Assembly: GCA_035546575.1 (NCBI GenBank) | Contig: DASZWN010000001.1 | Location: forward strand, 119,254-183,253 | Reading direction: 5' to 3' | Length of the DNA stretch: 64,000 bases | Source of the DNA: Minisyncoccota bacterium | Lineage (GTDB): Bacteria; Patescibacteriota; Minisyncoccia; Phycocordibacterales; SBAW01 | In this document: positions 7,827 through 18,700 of the stretch, piece after piece | How positions within the stretch are numbered: position 1 is the stretch's first letter | How the letters are laid out: each line of letters starts with the position of its first letter | Notes under the pieces: model-generated | What the model was told of the DNA's origin: nothing | The model's input: the letters and a program-made list of their open reading frames with translations, nothing else | The model's database searches: none | Program-made: the position numbers and the translations under genes

Positions 7827-8888
7827 ATGCAAAGTGTCAAAACAAAAGTAGCTGAGCTGACCCGCTTCGCCAAGGCGTTCCTTTTAGCGGCACTGGTGCT
7901 GCTTGCCGCAGGTGCCTATGCCTGGACTGCGCCAACGCAAGCGCCACCTGCTGGCAACGTACAACCGCCTATCAACGCAGGCGGCTCATATCAAACAATC
8001 GGGATTCTTGCCAACGGCACGACTACCGCCATTACCGGCGGTCTCTTATCGAGCGATGTGTTTGTGGTGGGCTCACCTACACCAAGCTCTGCGCCGCATG
8101 GCTCTATTTGTCTTTCCGGGTCGTGCATTACGAGCTGGAATCAGGCGGCTGGAGGCACCGACTATCAAGTTTTTACGTCGAGCGGTACTTGGACAAAGCC
8201 TGCCGATACGAGCGCATCGTCGCGTACGCTTATCGAGTGCTGGGGCGCAGGCGGGGGAGGCAGCAATAACGGAGGCGGGGGAGGCGGTGCATACGATGCC
8301 GTATGGTCCCTTACCTCTTCACTTAGCTCGACCATTGCGGTAACCGTAGCTACAGCGCCGGCTACGTCGGTGGCGGGGGGCGACTCCTCTTTCGGTTCGC
8401 TCGTTATTGCCAAGGGGGGAGGCGCCGGCGGCGCTGGCGGAGGCGGAGGAGGCGGAGGATACAGCGCAACGGGGAGTAACGGCACTTCTGCTGGGGGAGA
8501 CGGCGGTAATCCGAAGGGTAGTTGGATCTACCCGGGGGTAATTCCTTACTGTCGAGGAGGTACAAGCAGCAAGGGGGCCACCGGCGGTTCCGCATGCGGC
8601 GGAGGTGGCGGCAACGCCAATACGGAAGGCTACGATAAGGGCGGTTATTCCGTCACCGGAGGGGGCGGCGGTGCCGGTAATCACAATGATTCCAACCCTG
8701 CTAACGGTGGCGACTCTGTGTATGGCGGCGGCGGCGGGTCGGCAGGATCTTCCGGGGGTACTGGCGGCCAAAGCATGTTCGGCGGCAATGGCGGGGCTAC
8801 GGGCAGTGCCGGAATTGCCCCCGGCGGCGGCGGCGGGCGCAACGCGCAAGGTGCTCGCGGTGAGTGCCGCGTGACTACGTTTAAATAA
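7827..8888 (+). CDS. Secreted glycine-rich protein carrying a TWTKP...LIECWGAGGGG module
   Basis: Signal anchor. The module FTSSGTWTKPAD...TLIECWGAGGGGSNNGGGGGGAY recurs at residues ~1000-1050 of 15723..19997. Long Gly/Ser/Thr/Asn-rich tail. Confidence 0.7.
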   Translation: MQSVKTKVAELTRFAKAFLLAALVLLAAGAYAWTAPTQAPPAGNVQPPINAGGSYQTIGILANGTTTAITGGLLSSDVFVVGSPTPSSAPHGSICLSGSCITSWNQAAGGTDYQVFTSSGTWTKPADTSASSRTLIECWGAGGGGSNNGGGGGGAYDAVWSLTSSLSSTIAVTVATAPATSVAGGDSSFGSLVIAKGGGAGGAGGGGGGGGYSATGSNGTSAGGDGGNPKGSWIYPGVIPYCRGGTSSKGATGGSACGGGGGNANTEGYDKGGYSVTGGGGGAGNHNDSNPANGGDSVYGGGGGSAGSSGGTGGQSMFGGNGGATGSAGIAPGGGGGRNAQGARGECRVTTFK

Positions 8889-8890
8889 TT

Positions 8891-9220
8891 TTAAAGCGCA
8901 GAGGCTTTCTCGCGCCCTATCTGGGGCAGCAAGTGTAAGTGCGTATGTGGTACGTCTTTTCCGACTATGCCCACCTGTACGTATCCTATATTCGGCCTCT
9001 TTTTCATCTCGCGCGCTAGCTTTTTTGCGATGCGGAATACATGGTCCGACACTTCGTCTGACATTTCCTCAAACCATGTAGAGTGCTCTTTCGGTATAAG
9101 GAGCGTATGACCGGGCACTTTTGGGTTTTTGTCTATAAACGCCAGCACTTTATCATCCTCATATATCTTTTCTGCCGGAATCTGACCCGCAATTATTTTG
9201 CAAAAAATACAGTCATCCAT
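8891..9220 (-). CDS. HIT-family (histidine triad) nucleotide hydrolase
   Basis: C-x-F-C at the N-terminus and the HTHLHLLP histidine triad. Confidence 0.85.
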   Translation of the reverse strand: MDDCIFCKIIAGQIPAEKIYEDDKVLAFIDKNPKVPGHTLLIPKEHSTWFEEMSDEVSDHVFRIAKKLAREMKKRPNIGYVQVGIVGKDVPHTHLHLLPQIGREKASAL

Positions 9221-9243
9221 CCCTTTAGTATATACTTGCTTGG

Positions 9244-10899
9244 ATGAAATCGTACAGAATCCGCGAACGCCAGGACGAAAATCTGCTTTCTGATTTGCTG
9301 TTGGCGCGTGGAGTAGAGGGCGAGGAGGCGCAGAAGCAGTTCTTGGTACCCGACTTTGAGCGCGACTCGGGCGACCCGATGCTATTGCCAGACATGGAAA
9401 AAGCAGTGGATCGTATTTTGTCTGCTGTAAAAAATAACGAGCCTGTGTGCGTGTGGAGCGACTACGACTGCGACGGTATCCCCGGTGGCGTGATGCTCAC
9501 TGAGTTTTTGCGAGGCATAGGGCTCACGGTGCGCCATTATATCCCGCATCGGCATACGGAAGGGTACGGATTGAACGAAGAGGGGATTGAAGAACTGTTT
9601 CAGCAGGGCATCAAGCTCATCATCACCATTGACCTGGGCACCACAGAGATAGAGCAGATCGCATATGCAAATACAAAAGGAGTTGATGTAATCGTGACCG
9701 ACCACCACGTAGTGCAGCACGACTTGCCGGATGCGTTTGCGCTTTTAAACCCTAAACGCCCCGACAGCAAATATGGGTTCGACGGCTTGTGTGGTGCAGG
9801 TGTCGCCTGGAAGTTGATACAAGGCATCCTTAGCAAAAACCGTTTTGGTTTGAAGGAAGGGCAGGAAAAGTGGCTGCTCGATTTTGTCGGTATTGCGACG
9901 CTCTCCGACATGGTGCCCTTGGTGGGAGAAAACCGGATGCTCGCGCACTTTGGCTTGCGCGTCATGCGCCGCGACCGCCGGCCGGGAATCTCCGCCCTCT
10001 TAAAAATGCTGCGCATTAAGCCCGCAAGCCTTACCGAAGACGATATCGGTTTTATGATCTCTCCGCGCATTAATGCCGCATCGCGCATGGACAAGCCCGA
10101 CACTGCTGCGCGGTTGCTTGCTACAAGCGACACAGTTGAGGCTGCTGAGATTGCGGAGGAGTTGAATCACATTAATGATGAGCGTAAAGGAGTTGTTGCT
10201 GCAATAGTAAAAGAGGCAAACAAACGCATGGCCGACACTCCTATTGATGGACCAGTTATTGTAATGGGCAACCCTAAGTGGCGCCCAGGCGTACTTGGGC
10301 TTGTTGCAAACAAGTTGATGGAGGATCACAACAAGCCGGTATTTTTGTGGGGACGCGAGGGCGGCGACGTTATAAAAGGCTCGTGTCGCAGTGACGGCAG
10401 CGTGAGCGTTGTCGACCTGATGGCTGCGACAGGAGATGTGTTTCTCGGGTTTGGCGGACATACCGCCTCAGGTGGATTTTCTGTAGACGCTGGAAACGTG
10501 CACGAGCTATTGCCGCGGCTTACTCAGGCATACGAGATCCTTAAAGCAAAGGCATCAGTGCAGCAAGATGTTGTAATCGATCGCCAGGCAGATGTTGCAG
10601 AAATCCCGCACGCGCACCGCGACCTTCTGAAGCTCGCTCCGTTTGGCATAGGCAATCCAAAGCCGTTATTTATGTTCCCGGGGGTGTCTATAGGCAACAC
10701 CAAAATGTTTGGCAAAACCGAGAACCATCTCGACATGAGCTTACAGAAAGATGGCGCTAGGATCTCGGGCATCGCGTTTTTCTCGACACGCGACTCGTTT
10801 ACTAAACCTGTCGCTACTGGCGAACGCGCCGACATCGTGGGTCATATAGAGAGCGACTGGCGCGGCAACTCCCGTATCCGAGTAGTTGATATACTGTAA
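9244..10899 (+). CDS. recJ: Single-stranded-DNA-specific exonuclease RecJ (DHH family)
   Basis: DYDCDG, VTDHHV (DHH) and GGHTASGG (GGGH-like) motifs; typical length. Confidence 0.85.
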   Translation: MKSYRIRERQDENLLSDLLLARGVEGEEAQKQFLVPDFERDSGDPMLLPDMEKAVDRILSAVKNNEPVCVWSDYDCDGIPGGVMLTEFLRGIGLTVRHYIPHRHTEGYGLNEEGIEELFQQGIKLIITIDLGTTEIEQIAYANTKGVDVIVTDHHVVQHDLPDAFALLNPKRPDSKYGFDGLCGAGVAWKLIQGILSKNRFGLKEGQEKWLLDFVGIATLSDMVPLVGENRMLAHFGLRVMRRDRRPGISALLKMLRIKPASLTEDDIGFMISPRINAASRMDKPDTAARLLATSDTVEAAEIAEELNHINDERKGVVAAIVKEANKRMADTPIDGPVIVMGNPKWRPGVLGLVANKLMEDHNKPVFLWGREGGDVIKGSCRSDGSVSVVDLMAATGDVFLGFGGHTASGGFSVDAGNVHELLPRLTQAYEILKAKASVQQDVVIDRQADVAEIPHAHRDLLKLAPFGIGNPKPLFMFPGVSIGNTKMFGKTENHLDMSLQKDGARISGIAFFSTRDSFTKPVATGERADIVGHIESDWRGNSRIRVVDIL

Positions 10900-10903
10900 T
10901 CTC

Positions 10904-11329
10904 ATGCAAAAGATCACGATTCATACCGATGGAGGAGCGAGGGGGAATCCGGGTCCGGCAGGCATTGGTGCTGTTGTCACAGACGAGAGGGGTACGGTGA
11001 TACGCGAGGTTTCCAAATACATCGGCGAGCAGACAAATAACTTTGCCGAGTACGAGGCACTTATTGTCGTCCTGAATGAGCTAAAGAAAATGTTTGGCGA
11101 AAAGCTGCGCGAGATGCAGTTGGAAGTAAAAATGGACTCCGAGCTCGTGGTGCGCCAGCTCTCCGGCATCTACAAAGTAAAAGAGCCAACGCTCAAAGAG
11201 CAATTTGCAAAGGTAGCCAAAATCCGCCTCGAAGACGCCCCCAACATGACCTTTACTCATGTCTTCCGCGAGGCAAACGCCCACGCCGACAAGCTGGTAA
11301 ACAAAGCCATAGACGCGAGCCTGAAATAA
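10904..11329 (+). CDS. rnhA: Ribonuclease HI
   Basis: TDGGARGNPGPAG, NNFAEYEAL, DSELVVRQ, REANAHADKL motifs. Start taken at the ATG of MQKITIH. Confidence 0.8.
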   Translation: MQKITIHTDGGARGNPGPAGIGAVVTDERGTVIREVSKYIGEQTNNFAEYEALIVVLNELKKMFGEKLREMQLEVKMDSELVVRQLSGIYKVKEPTLKEQFAKVAKIRLEDAPNMTFTHVFREANAHADKLVNKAIDASLK

Positions 11330-11344
11330 CGCTAAGGTACTGGC

Positions 11345-12676
11345 GTGAAATATTGGAGCATCTTTGGCCTCCTGGTGTTTGCATACGCGGCGCTTTTATT
11401 TGCTCGCGTTGTTTTTACGCTCAATGCCGAGGCTGCGGAGACTTTGCCTCTGTACGACGGACACACGGGTGCAGTGGTGGGGAGGGTAGTTAACGACCCT
11501 GACCGACGCGCTACTTCGCTCCATGTACATGTGAGGGTGGCGACAGTTGATGGCGAGCCCGCACGCGGTACGCTGCTTGCGCTTTTGCCGCCACAAGCAG
11601 AAGTTTCGTACGGCGACACCGTTGAGGTGTCGGGGACAATCAAAACACCAGAGCCGTTTGAGACCGACACGGGCCGCGAGTTTAACTACGCAGGCTATCT
11701 GCGCGTGCAAGGGGTCTCAATGATGATGCAAAAAGCTACGCTACAAAATGTAGAAGAGGGAGGACTATCTTTGCAAAAAACTCTTTTTAGCATCAAACAC
11801 ACGTTTGAACACTCGCTCGAGAAATTATTCCCCGAGCCGGACAACTCGCTGCTTGAGGGGATTCTGCTCGGCGAGCGCTCGGGGCTCCCGAAAGATGTAC
11901 AGAATGCGTTTATCGCATCGAGCTTGGTGCACGTGGTGGTGCTCTCCGGCTACAATATATCGATTGTTGCCAACGCGGTGCTCTACGCCACCTCGGGTTT
12001 GCCGCGCACATTCTCCTACGGCTTTGGCGGAATGCTCATGATCTTGTTTGCCATGATGACTGGTGCAGGTGCCACTACGGTGCGTGCATGCGCCATGGGA
12101 GTTATCTCTATTGTTGCGCAGTACATGCACCGGCCAACGGTCGCGATGCGCAGCCTTATCGCAGCGGCGGGTGCGATGATACTCTGGAACCCGCTTATTG
12201 TGCTCTACGACTCCTCTTTTATATTGAGTGTGCTCGCGACATTTGGACTCGTGACACTGTCACCGACGACCGAGCGGTGGGTAAGGTGGATCCCAGAGAA
12301 GTTTGGCCTACGGTCAATTGCCGCAGCAACAATCGCAGTGCAACTGTTTGTGCTGCCAGCACTTTTGTATTTTACCGGCGTACTTTCTGTTGTTGCACTG
12401 CCTGCAAATTTACTCGCGCTCCCTGTTGTGTCTTGGGCAATGTTGTTTGGTTTTATTGCGGGGCTTCTTGGATTTGTACATCCTGCACTCGCACTACCGT
12501 TCGCGATCCTCGGTGACGCGCTCCTTAGGTGGATGATGCTTGTAGCAAACACAGCAACCGCGTTCCCGTTCTCCTCGACAGTAGTGGCGGCTTTTCCTGC
12601 TTGGATACTTATAGCGATGTATATTCCGCTAACGACTATTGCCACTAAGATTTACCTTACACAAAGTAACTCATAA
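11345..12676 (+). CDS. comEC: ComEC/Rec2 DNA internalisation channel, N-terminal DUF4131-like plus competence domain only (no MBL domain)
   Basis: LLGERSGLPKDVQNAFIASSLVHVVVLSGYNISIV core and multiple TM segments. The protein ends before an MBL domain. Confidence 0.8.
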   Translation: MKYWSIFGLLVFAYAALLFARVVFTLNAEAAETLPLYDGHTGAVVGRVVNDPDRRATSLHVHVRVATVDGEPARGTLLALLPPQAEVSYGDTVEVSGTIKTPEPFETDTGREFNYAGYLRVQGVSMMMQKATLQNVEEGGLSLQKTLFSIKHTFEHSLEKLFPEPDNSLLEGILLGERSGLPKDVQNAFIASSLVHVVVLSGYNISIVANAVLYATSGLPRTFSYGFGGMLMILFAMMTGAGATTVRACAMGVISIVAQYMHRPTVAMRSLIAAAGAMILWNPLIVLYDSSFILSVLATFGLVTLSPTTERWVRWIPEKFGLRSIAAATIAVQLFVLPALLYFTGVLSVVALPANLLALPVVSWAMLFGFIAGLLGFVHPALALPFAILGDALLRWMMLVANTATAFPFSSTVVAAFPAWILIAMYIPLTTIATKIYLTQSNS

Positions 12677-12739
12677 AAAAGTCCTTAGCCCCATTTCGCT
12701 TCGCGAAACGGCACGCCCCCACCTAGACTTTTTTCTGAG

Positions 12740-13333
12740 CTACTTTGTCACGGCTTCAAACCGCTTCTCGATAACAGACCAATTAAGATTTTTGAAAAAC
12801 GCGTCTATATATTTGCCGCGGCCGGTGGCACCTTGGTCAAGTATGTATGCGTGCTCCCACACGTCGATGGCAAGCATAATAGGGAGCGTCACAAAGTGGC
12901 CCTGATGCTGCTCGCCCGAGAAGCCAGCAATAAATTGTTTTGTCTCAGGGTCCCAGTACAAAATCGCCCAACCCGGCCCGCGTGTTGACGCGATGCTCTT
13001 GAGATACGGCTCAATGTGCGCAGCCTTCATATAATCTTTTGTGAGCGCTGCCTCGAATGCACCGCCGCTTGTAATCGGCGTAGCGCCACCCTCGAGCTGC
13101 TCAAAGTAATACTCGTGCAAGCGCATACCGTCCCACTCAAACGCGCGGCGGCGGAATATCTCGGCGAGCGCGTGGGCGTTCTTCTCGGCCTCCTTGGCGT
13201 ACTCCGGCATCAAGGCCGACATCGCATTAAAGTTTTTTACATAGCCTGCATAGAGGGCGAGGTGCTGGTCTATAGATTCCTTAGAGATACCCTCTAGAGC
13301 GGGGATAGTAAACTGTTTTTCTTGGTATTGCAT
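12740..13333 (-). CDS. sodA: Fe/Mn superoxide dismutase
   Basis: DVWEHAYILD metal-binding motif and N-terminal FTIPALEG. The ORF-track GTG start at 13366 is also possible. Confidence 0.85.
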   Translation of the reverse strand: MQYQEKQFTIPALEGISKESIDQHLALYAGYVKNFNAMSALMPEYAKEAEKNAHALAEIFRRRAFEWDGMRLHEYYFEQLEGGATPITSGGAFEAALTKDYMKAAHIEPYLKSIASTRGPGWAILYWDPETKQFIAGFSGEQHQGHFVTLPIMLAIDVWEHAYILDQGATGRGKYIDAFFKNLNWSVIEKRFEAVTK

Positions 13334-13471
13334 GTGTTCAGTAAAACATCTTAATTCTAAAGACACCCTAAAGATATCCCCATAAGGGTTGCAAAAAGTA
13401 CTATTTGTGGCATAGTTCTGTGTAGTTAGTCCTTAGCCGCAATCTGCGGCGTTTCAAAACGGGGGAACCCA

Positions 13472-13780
13472 ATGAAATATGTTTTAGGTGTTGCTTTGGT
13501 CGGGATAGCGGCGGGAGCGTGTTTCGCACTCGCTAATCCCAGCCCAATCGATACGCTGTTCACAAAAGCGGGAATGATGATCCTGCCCCACAAAGGGCAA
13601 GACCGCATTTTTCCGGCCGGCAAGGGTTTTGGCACGGTAGTGGTGCCAGATCCTGAGAACCGTATCACCAGGGTCAGCAAGCCAATTACGGTCGAGATGG
13701 AGCCGAGCGCAGCCGATCTGGCAGCGTACGACTACATGCTCGCCATCGGCCTGGCCGACACTGGCAAGCCCGACCACTAA
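13472..13780 (+). CDS. Hypothetical secreted protein
   Basis: SD GGGGGA. Signal-peptide-like N-terminus (VALVGIAAGACFALA). Intrinsic terminator downstream at 13800-13836. Confidence 0.5.
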   Translation: MKYVLGVALVGIAAGACFALANPSPIDTLFTKAGMMILPHKGQDRIFPAGKGFGTVVVPDPENRITRVSKPITVEMEPSAADLAAYDYMLAIGLADTGKPDH

Positions 13781-13799
13781 CAATCCCAGATTTTCTGGG

Positions 13800-13836
13800 C
13801 AAGAAGGCGCGATGCGAATCGCGCCTTCTTTCTTTT
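13800..13836 (+). terminator. Intrinsic terminator (agaaggcgcga/tcgcgccttct 11-bp stem + T-run)
   Basis: Perfect 11-bp stem, 6-nt loop, TTTCTTTTT. Confidence 0.65.
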
Positions 13837-13837
13837 T

Positions 13838-14743
13838 ATGTATACTTTGCGCATGCAGTTTTTGCGCCGATACTTTTCTTACCTTATCCTTGCTGCTCTG
13901 GTTTTAATTTCAATCGGCATCTGGTCAGTTGTTTGGGCCGAGACTGCGCCCGGCAAACTCATTGTTGCGGTGCTCGACGTCGGCCAAGGCGACTCCATTT
14001 TTATAGAGTCTCCAACCGGAGTGCAGATTATTATCGATGGCGGCCCCGACAACTCTCTTTTGCACGACCTGCCGCATGTGATGCCGCTCTCTGACCGCTC
14101 TATCGACGCGGTGCTCGCAACGCACCTCGACGCTGACCACATCACCGGCTTTATTGACCTGCTCAAGCGCTACTCAGTTGGCGCGTTTATTGAATCAGGT
14201 TTAGTTAAGAGTACACTCACTGCGCGCACATTAGAAAAAGAAGTTGATGCGGAAAAAATCCCCCGCACGATCGCACGCCGGGGCATGTCGCTTGACCTCG
14301 GCGGGGGAGCGTATCTTGATGTCTTGTCTCCTGACTACGATGTCTCCATCTTGCCAGAGGACAAAGGCAACGAGGGGTGCATTGTCGCACATTTGGTCTA
14401 CGGCAAAACCTCGATGCTTTTAATGTGCGACGCATCTATGGATGTTGAGGATCATATTATGGCACTTGGGAGCCTGCCTACCGGACAGGCAGGCACAACG
14501 CAGATCAAAAGCGATATTTTAAAAGTCGGACACCATGGTTCGCACTCTTCGACGGGAGATGAATTTGTGAGCGAGGTTGACCCGTCGGTTGCCATTATCT
14601 CGGTTGGCGCACACAACACGTACGGTCACCCGGCTGAGCAGACACTCGACACCCTCGCAGCTCATAATGTAGAAACCCTCCGTACAGACGAGGAGGGGAC
14701 TATCAAGTTTATTTCGAACGGGGAGAAGTTTGTGAGGGATTAG
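13838..14743 (+). CDS. ComEC C-terminal metallo-beta-lactamase domain protein, encoded as a separate gene
   Basis: VLDVGQGDS, THLDADHITG, VGHHGSHSS, NTYGHP motifs and an N-terminal TM. Palindrome copy 3 lies in-frame at 14472-14494 and encodes LPTGQAGT. Confidence 0.8.
   Translation: MYTLRMQFLRRYFSYLILAALVLISIGIWSVVWAETAPGKLIVAVLDVGQGDSIFIESPTGVQIIIDGGPDNSLLHDLPHVMPLSDRSIDAVLATHLDADHITGFIDLLKRYSVGAFIESGLVKSTLTARTLEKEVDAEKIPRTIARRGMSLDLGGGAYLDVLSPDYDVSILPEDKGNEGCIVAHLVYGKTSMLLMCDASMDVEDHIMALGSLPTGQAGTTQIKSDILKVGHHGSHSSTGDEFVSEVDPSVAIISVGAHNTYGHPAEQTLDTLAAHNVETLRTDEEGTIKFISNGEKFVRD
14472..14494. repeat. Palindromic element copy 3 (gcctgcct-accggac-aggcaggc), inside the comEC-MBL CDS
   Basis: Same CCTGCC...GGCAGG core as 1252, 2472 and 32532. 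Confidence 0.6.
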
Positions 14744-14982
14744 ATAACCCCGGCTGCCTTGAGAGTCTTGTACGCGCCGTTTTTTGTAACGGTGCGCATA
14801 CCTTTTGTCGAGAGAGTAACGGTAACGGTGCGATTAAGTTCTGGTACAAAGATGCGCTTCTTCTGCATATTCGGTTGTTTCCGAACTATACCAGTGGGGT
14901 TGAACTTGGTTGCGCGGATGCGGTTAGAATAGCCGCCTGCGACCTTGGACCCCTTTTTTGTTACCGGGCAGATTTTAGCCAT
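14740..14982 (-). CDS. rpmB: 50S ribosomal protein L28
   Basis: MAKICPVTKKGSKV..NRIRATKFNPTG.. is typical of bL28. Confidence 0.85.
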   Translation of the reverse strand: MAKICPVTKKGSKVAGGYSNRIRATKFNPTGIVRKQPNMQKKRIFVPELNRTVTVTLSTKGMRTVTKNGAYKTLKAAGVI

Positions 14983-15022
14983 ACGTTTTAGTGCTCAAGC
15001 ATGATATCATCATTCTACAAAT

Positions 15023-15670
15023 ATGCCAACTGAGCTTGTTTTCGGCCTCCTGGTGCTCATTTTCTCGGTTATTTTGCACGAGGTGGCCCACGGCTATATG
15101 GCCAATTGGCTAGGCGATCCGACAGCGCGTCTTGCTGGTCGGCTAACGCTCAATCCAATCTCGCATATCGACCCGATAGGTTCGGTTATCTTGCCGGGTC
15201 TACTCCTCATCACGCAGCCGCTCACGGGCTTTCCGTTTTTGATCGGCTATGCCAAGCCGGTGCCCTATAATCCGTATAACCTGCATGGTAAGTACGACGA
15301 GGCGCTTGTTGCCGGCGCCGGCCCGGCAACCAATATCTTACTCGCTCTTATTTTTGGTCTGCTTATCCGCTTTGGAGGAGCGGGGATCGACATCTCAGTA
15401 CTGAGCGCGTTTGCTACGATCGCTTACATCAATATGCTGCTCGCACTCTTCAACCTCATTCCCATCCCGCCCCTGGACGGCTCCAAAGTGCTTTCGGGTA
15501 TTTTGCCTCGAGGTTTGGCGCACTCATATGACCTCTTCCGTTCCAACTTTGAGCGGCTCGGCGTGCTCCAGGGGACTCTCCTTATAATGATCGTTTTCTA
15601 CTTTTTATCGCCGTTTTTTACCGCACTTCTGAGATTTTGCTTTGGCGTGCTCACTGGCGTGACAATATAA
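15023..15670 (+). CDS. Site-2 protease family (M50) membrane metalloprotease
   Basis: HEVAHG (HExxH) zinc site, NLIPIPPLDGSKVL motif and multiple TM helices. Confidence 0.75.
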   Translation: MPTELVFGLLVLIFSVILHEVAHGYMANWLGDPTARLAGRLTLNPISHIDPIGSVILPGLLLITQPLTGFPFLIGYAKPVPYNPYNLHGKYDEALVAGAGPATNILLALIFGLLIRFGGAGIDISVLSAFATIAYINMLLALFNLIPIPPLDGSKVLSGILPRGLAHSYDLFRSNFERLGVLQGTLLIMIVFYFLSPFFTALLRFCFGVLTGVTI

Positions 15671-15722
15671 TGTGTGTTGATAACCCTTCGTTCTAAAAAG
15701 GCCGCAGCACCCTATACTTACG

Positions 15723-18700
15723 TTGATGTCTCACGAATTCCTGCCGAGGATTTCTTTCAACAGACTTACACTACTAGCTAAGCTCACCGGAGGTGTTGCG
15801 GCGCTGGTTATGTTTGCCGTTGTCTTTAGCGGACGCATACCGATTAGCGGAGGGCTTGGAGCGGCGACCGCTACGTTCGCCGACGGCTCTGTGCTTACTC
15901 TCACTGCGGCAGACTCCTCTGTTACATCGGGGAATTCGACTAAACTTTCTTGGAACGCAAATTTACTCCCATCCTGTTTCGGCAGCGATACGACCGGTTG
16001 CGGCAAAGCAAATGCATCTATTGCAAGCATACTTCCGGTACAAGTATTTACTATTGGAACAGACCCCACACCGTATCTTTTGGCGCAGAACGGGATATAT
16101 AAATGGATCACGTCCGGCCCCACCGGAGCGCCATGCTTTGGCAAGGATACCTCAAGCTCGTGCGGAACAGTATTCCAATCAATTCCTCCATTAACCAATG
16201 GCCAGCAGGGAATAATGGCATTTACAGCGAGCAACGGCACTACCTACCTTGCGACGGTGGAAGTATATGCTTCTCCTCGCCTCTACAAATGGCTTCCGAC
16301 GCAAAATAGCGGAAACGGATGCTTCGGCAATGGCACTACCTGCATGAGTTCTGCGGCCGCATCCATGTTTCAGAATAACTTTCCTACAGGACCGTATTCT
16401 GAAGGAGGATTTGATTGGGAATATGCATATATAGGAGGCAATGACTACGTAATGCTCACGGTAGGAAATGCGGTGTATGTATACAAATGGATAGCAGGTA
16501 CCAAGAACTGCTTCGGAGACGGAACAAACTGCGCGACACCGGCAGTCCAATTCCAAACTATTGCGCCGCCATCTCCTCAAAGTTTCTACATGAGAGCTTT
16601 CTCTATAGGAACTGGTGCGTATCTTATTGTCGCCGACAGTACTACCTCTACCGGAGGGAACTCCGTCGTCTACCGGTGGAACCCGACCGCCAACAGTAGC
16701 AAGGGCTGCTTCGGGAGTACCTCGAGTTCCAATTGTGGTACGGCCTTCCAAAGCGGATTGTCCCGCGGGGCGTCTGCCTCGACAGCGGTGTCGGTGACCA
16801 CGCTTGGAAGCGATCAAAATCCTTACCTATTTCTCGCCCCTGGCGTAGGAGGTGTAGGAGGTTCTGATAATGCGGGGCTCATATATAAATGGAATCCCTC
16901 TGGTAATAGTAGTAATGGCTGTTTCGGTACTGGCTCGGGAACTGCCTGCGGTACAAGCAGCGGTAATTTCTTCCAGAAACTGCCTCTAGCTAACTGGCAA
17001 ATGACGGCAACTACCACACCAATCGGCACATTTTTGGTAACTATGGTTAACAGCTATGACGCAACTCCGGGGAACGTATATAAGTGGAACCCGACCGGCA
17101 ATGGCGGCTTAGGTTGTTTCGGTAATGGAACTGCTTGCGAATCCGCAACGACCAAAACCAATGTATGGCAGACGCCGTTTGATTATATAGCTGCGCCAAC
17201 TACCTACGCCCTCCTTTCGGGGAATACTTATATCGTTACGCCGTATTCCGCAACTCAAGGCGGCACGTACGGAGCGGGCATCTTTAAACCTCGATATCCG
17301 ACCTGTTCGGTAACATGGAGTAATGCAGGAGGTTCAGGGACGATTGGATCTGGAGTCGTCGGTGTAAACGTAGATACCCCGCCTATAACCCAAAACACCA
17401 CCTACACGCTCAACTGTGTTGGCGTGGGCAGCGTACAAGTTCAGGTAACTATCGCGGCAGCTGCGGTTACTCCTATTGTCTCTGTCTCCACGATTGCATC
17501 TCCCGCAACCGAGTCCGGCACACCGGGAACATTGCGCATCACTCGGGCTGCCGGTACCACCGCATCCAAAACAGTATTTTTAGATTCTGCCTCTGGTTGG
17601 ACACAACGACCGTCAGCCGGCAACCGTAGCTGGTCGAGCATCACCTCTTCTTCCGACGGCACCAAGCTTGCGGCGGTGGTAGGGCTCGATTCAGCCGGCT
17701 ACATCTATACCTCGACCGACTCCGGCGCTACGTGGACGGAGCGTACCGGCGCGGGAAGTCATAAGTGGGGAAGCATCGCATCGTCCGCCGACGGCACTAA
17801 GCTCGTGGCGGTAGTAGGTGGACCGGGAGAAGGACAATCTGAATTAGGCTACATCTATACCTCGACCGACTCCGGCGCCACGTGGACCCAGCGCACTGGC
17901 TCCGGCAGCCGCGATTGGATCTCCGTTACCTCTTCTAGCAATGGAACTAAGCTTGCGGCTGCAGTATTCGGCGGCTACATCTATACCTCGACCGATTCCG
18001 GCGCTACGTGGACGCAACGTGCAAGCAGCCGTCTGTGGAGTTCAATCACTTCCTCTGCCGACGATGGCACCAAGCTCGCCGCAGCGGTACAAAGCGGCTA
18101 CATCTATACCTCGACCGATTCCGGCGCTACGTGGACGGAGCGCACGACTGCAGGCAATCGTTATTGGAATTCCATCACCTCTTCTTCCGACGGCACCAAG
18201 CTTGCGGCGGGAGTGTACCCTCAAAGCCCAGACGAATCCATCTACCGCTCTTCGGATAGCGGTGCCACCTGGGCTCCTGATCCTAGCGTCGGTTCGCATG
18301 ATTGGCAGTCAGTCACCTCCTCTTCCGACGGTACTAAACTTGCTGCAGTTACTGAATCAGATACGGAAGGAGGCGGTTATTCTTACACAGGTAGTTTTCC
18401 TGTGAATCAGTGGACGGTACCTTCCGATTGGAACAGCAGTAATAATAAAATTGAGGTTATTGGTGGCGGAGGAGGCGCTGCTTCGACTGGCGGTGGCGGT
18501 GCAGGAGGCGGATACTCAAAATCATTAAATGTCTCTCTTACACCCGGCGCCTCTCTTGCTTATAGCGTTGGTTCGGGCGGTGCGGGAGGAGGTCCAGGGG
18601 GCACTTACCCATCCTGTGTCCTCGGTGCAGTCGGGGGCAATACATACATATGTAATTCGACCGGCAGTTGCACTTCCTTGTCGGATAGCGGAGTTTTGGT

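Noticed and set aside
8165-8850. Highly repetitive GGC/GGA-rich DNA (also 18440..19300), considered as CRISPR or simple tandem repeats
   Set aside because: The repeats are imperfect and in-frame within glycine-rich protein-coding sequence. There is no repeat-spacer periodicity and no cas genes.
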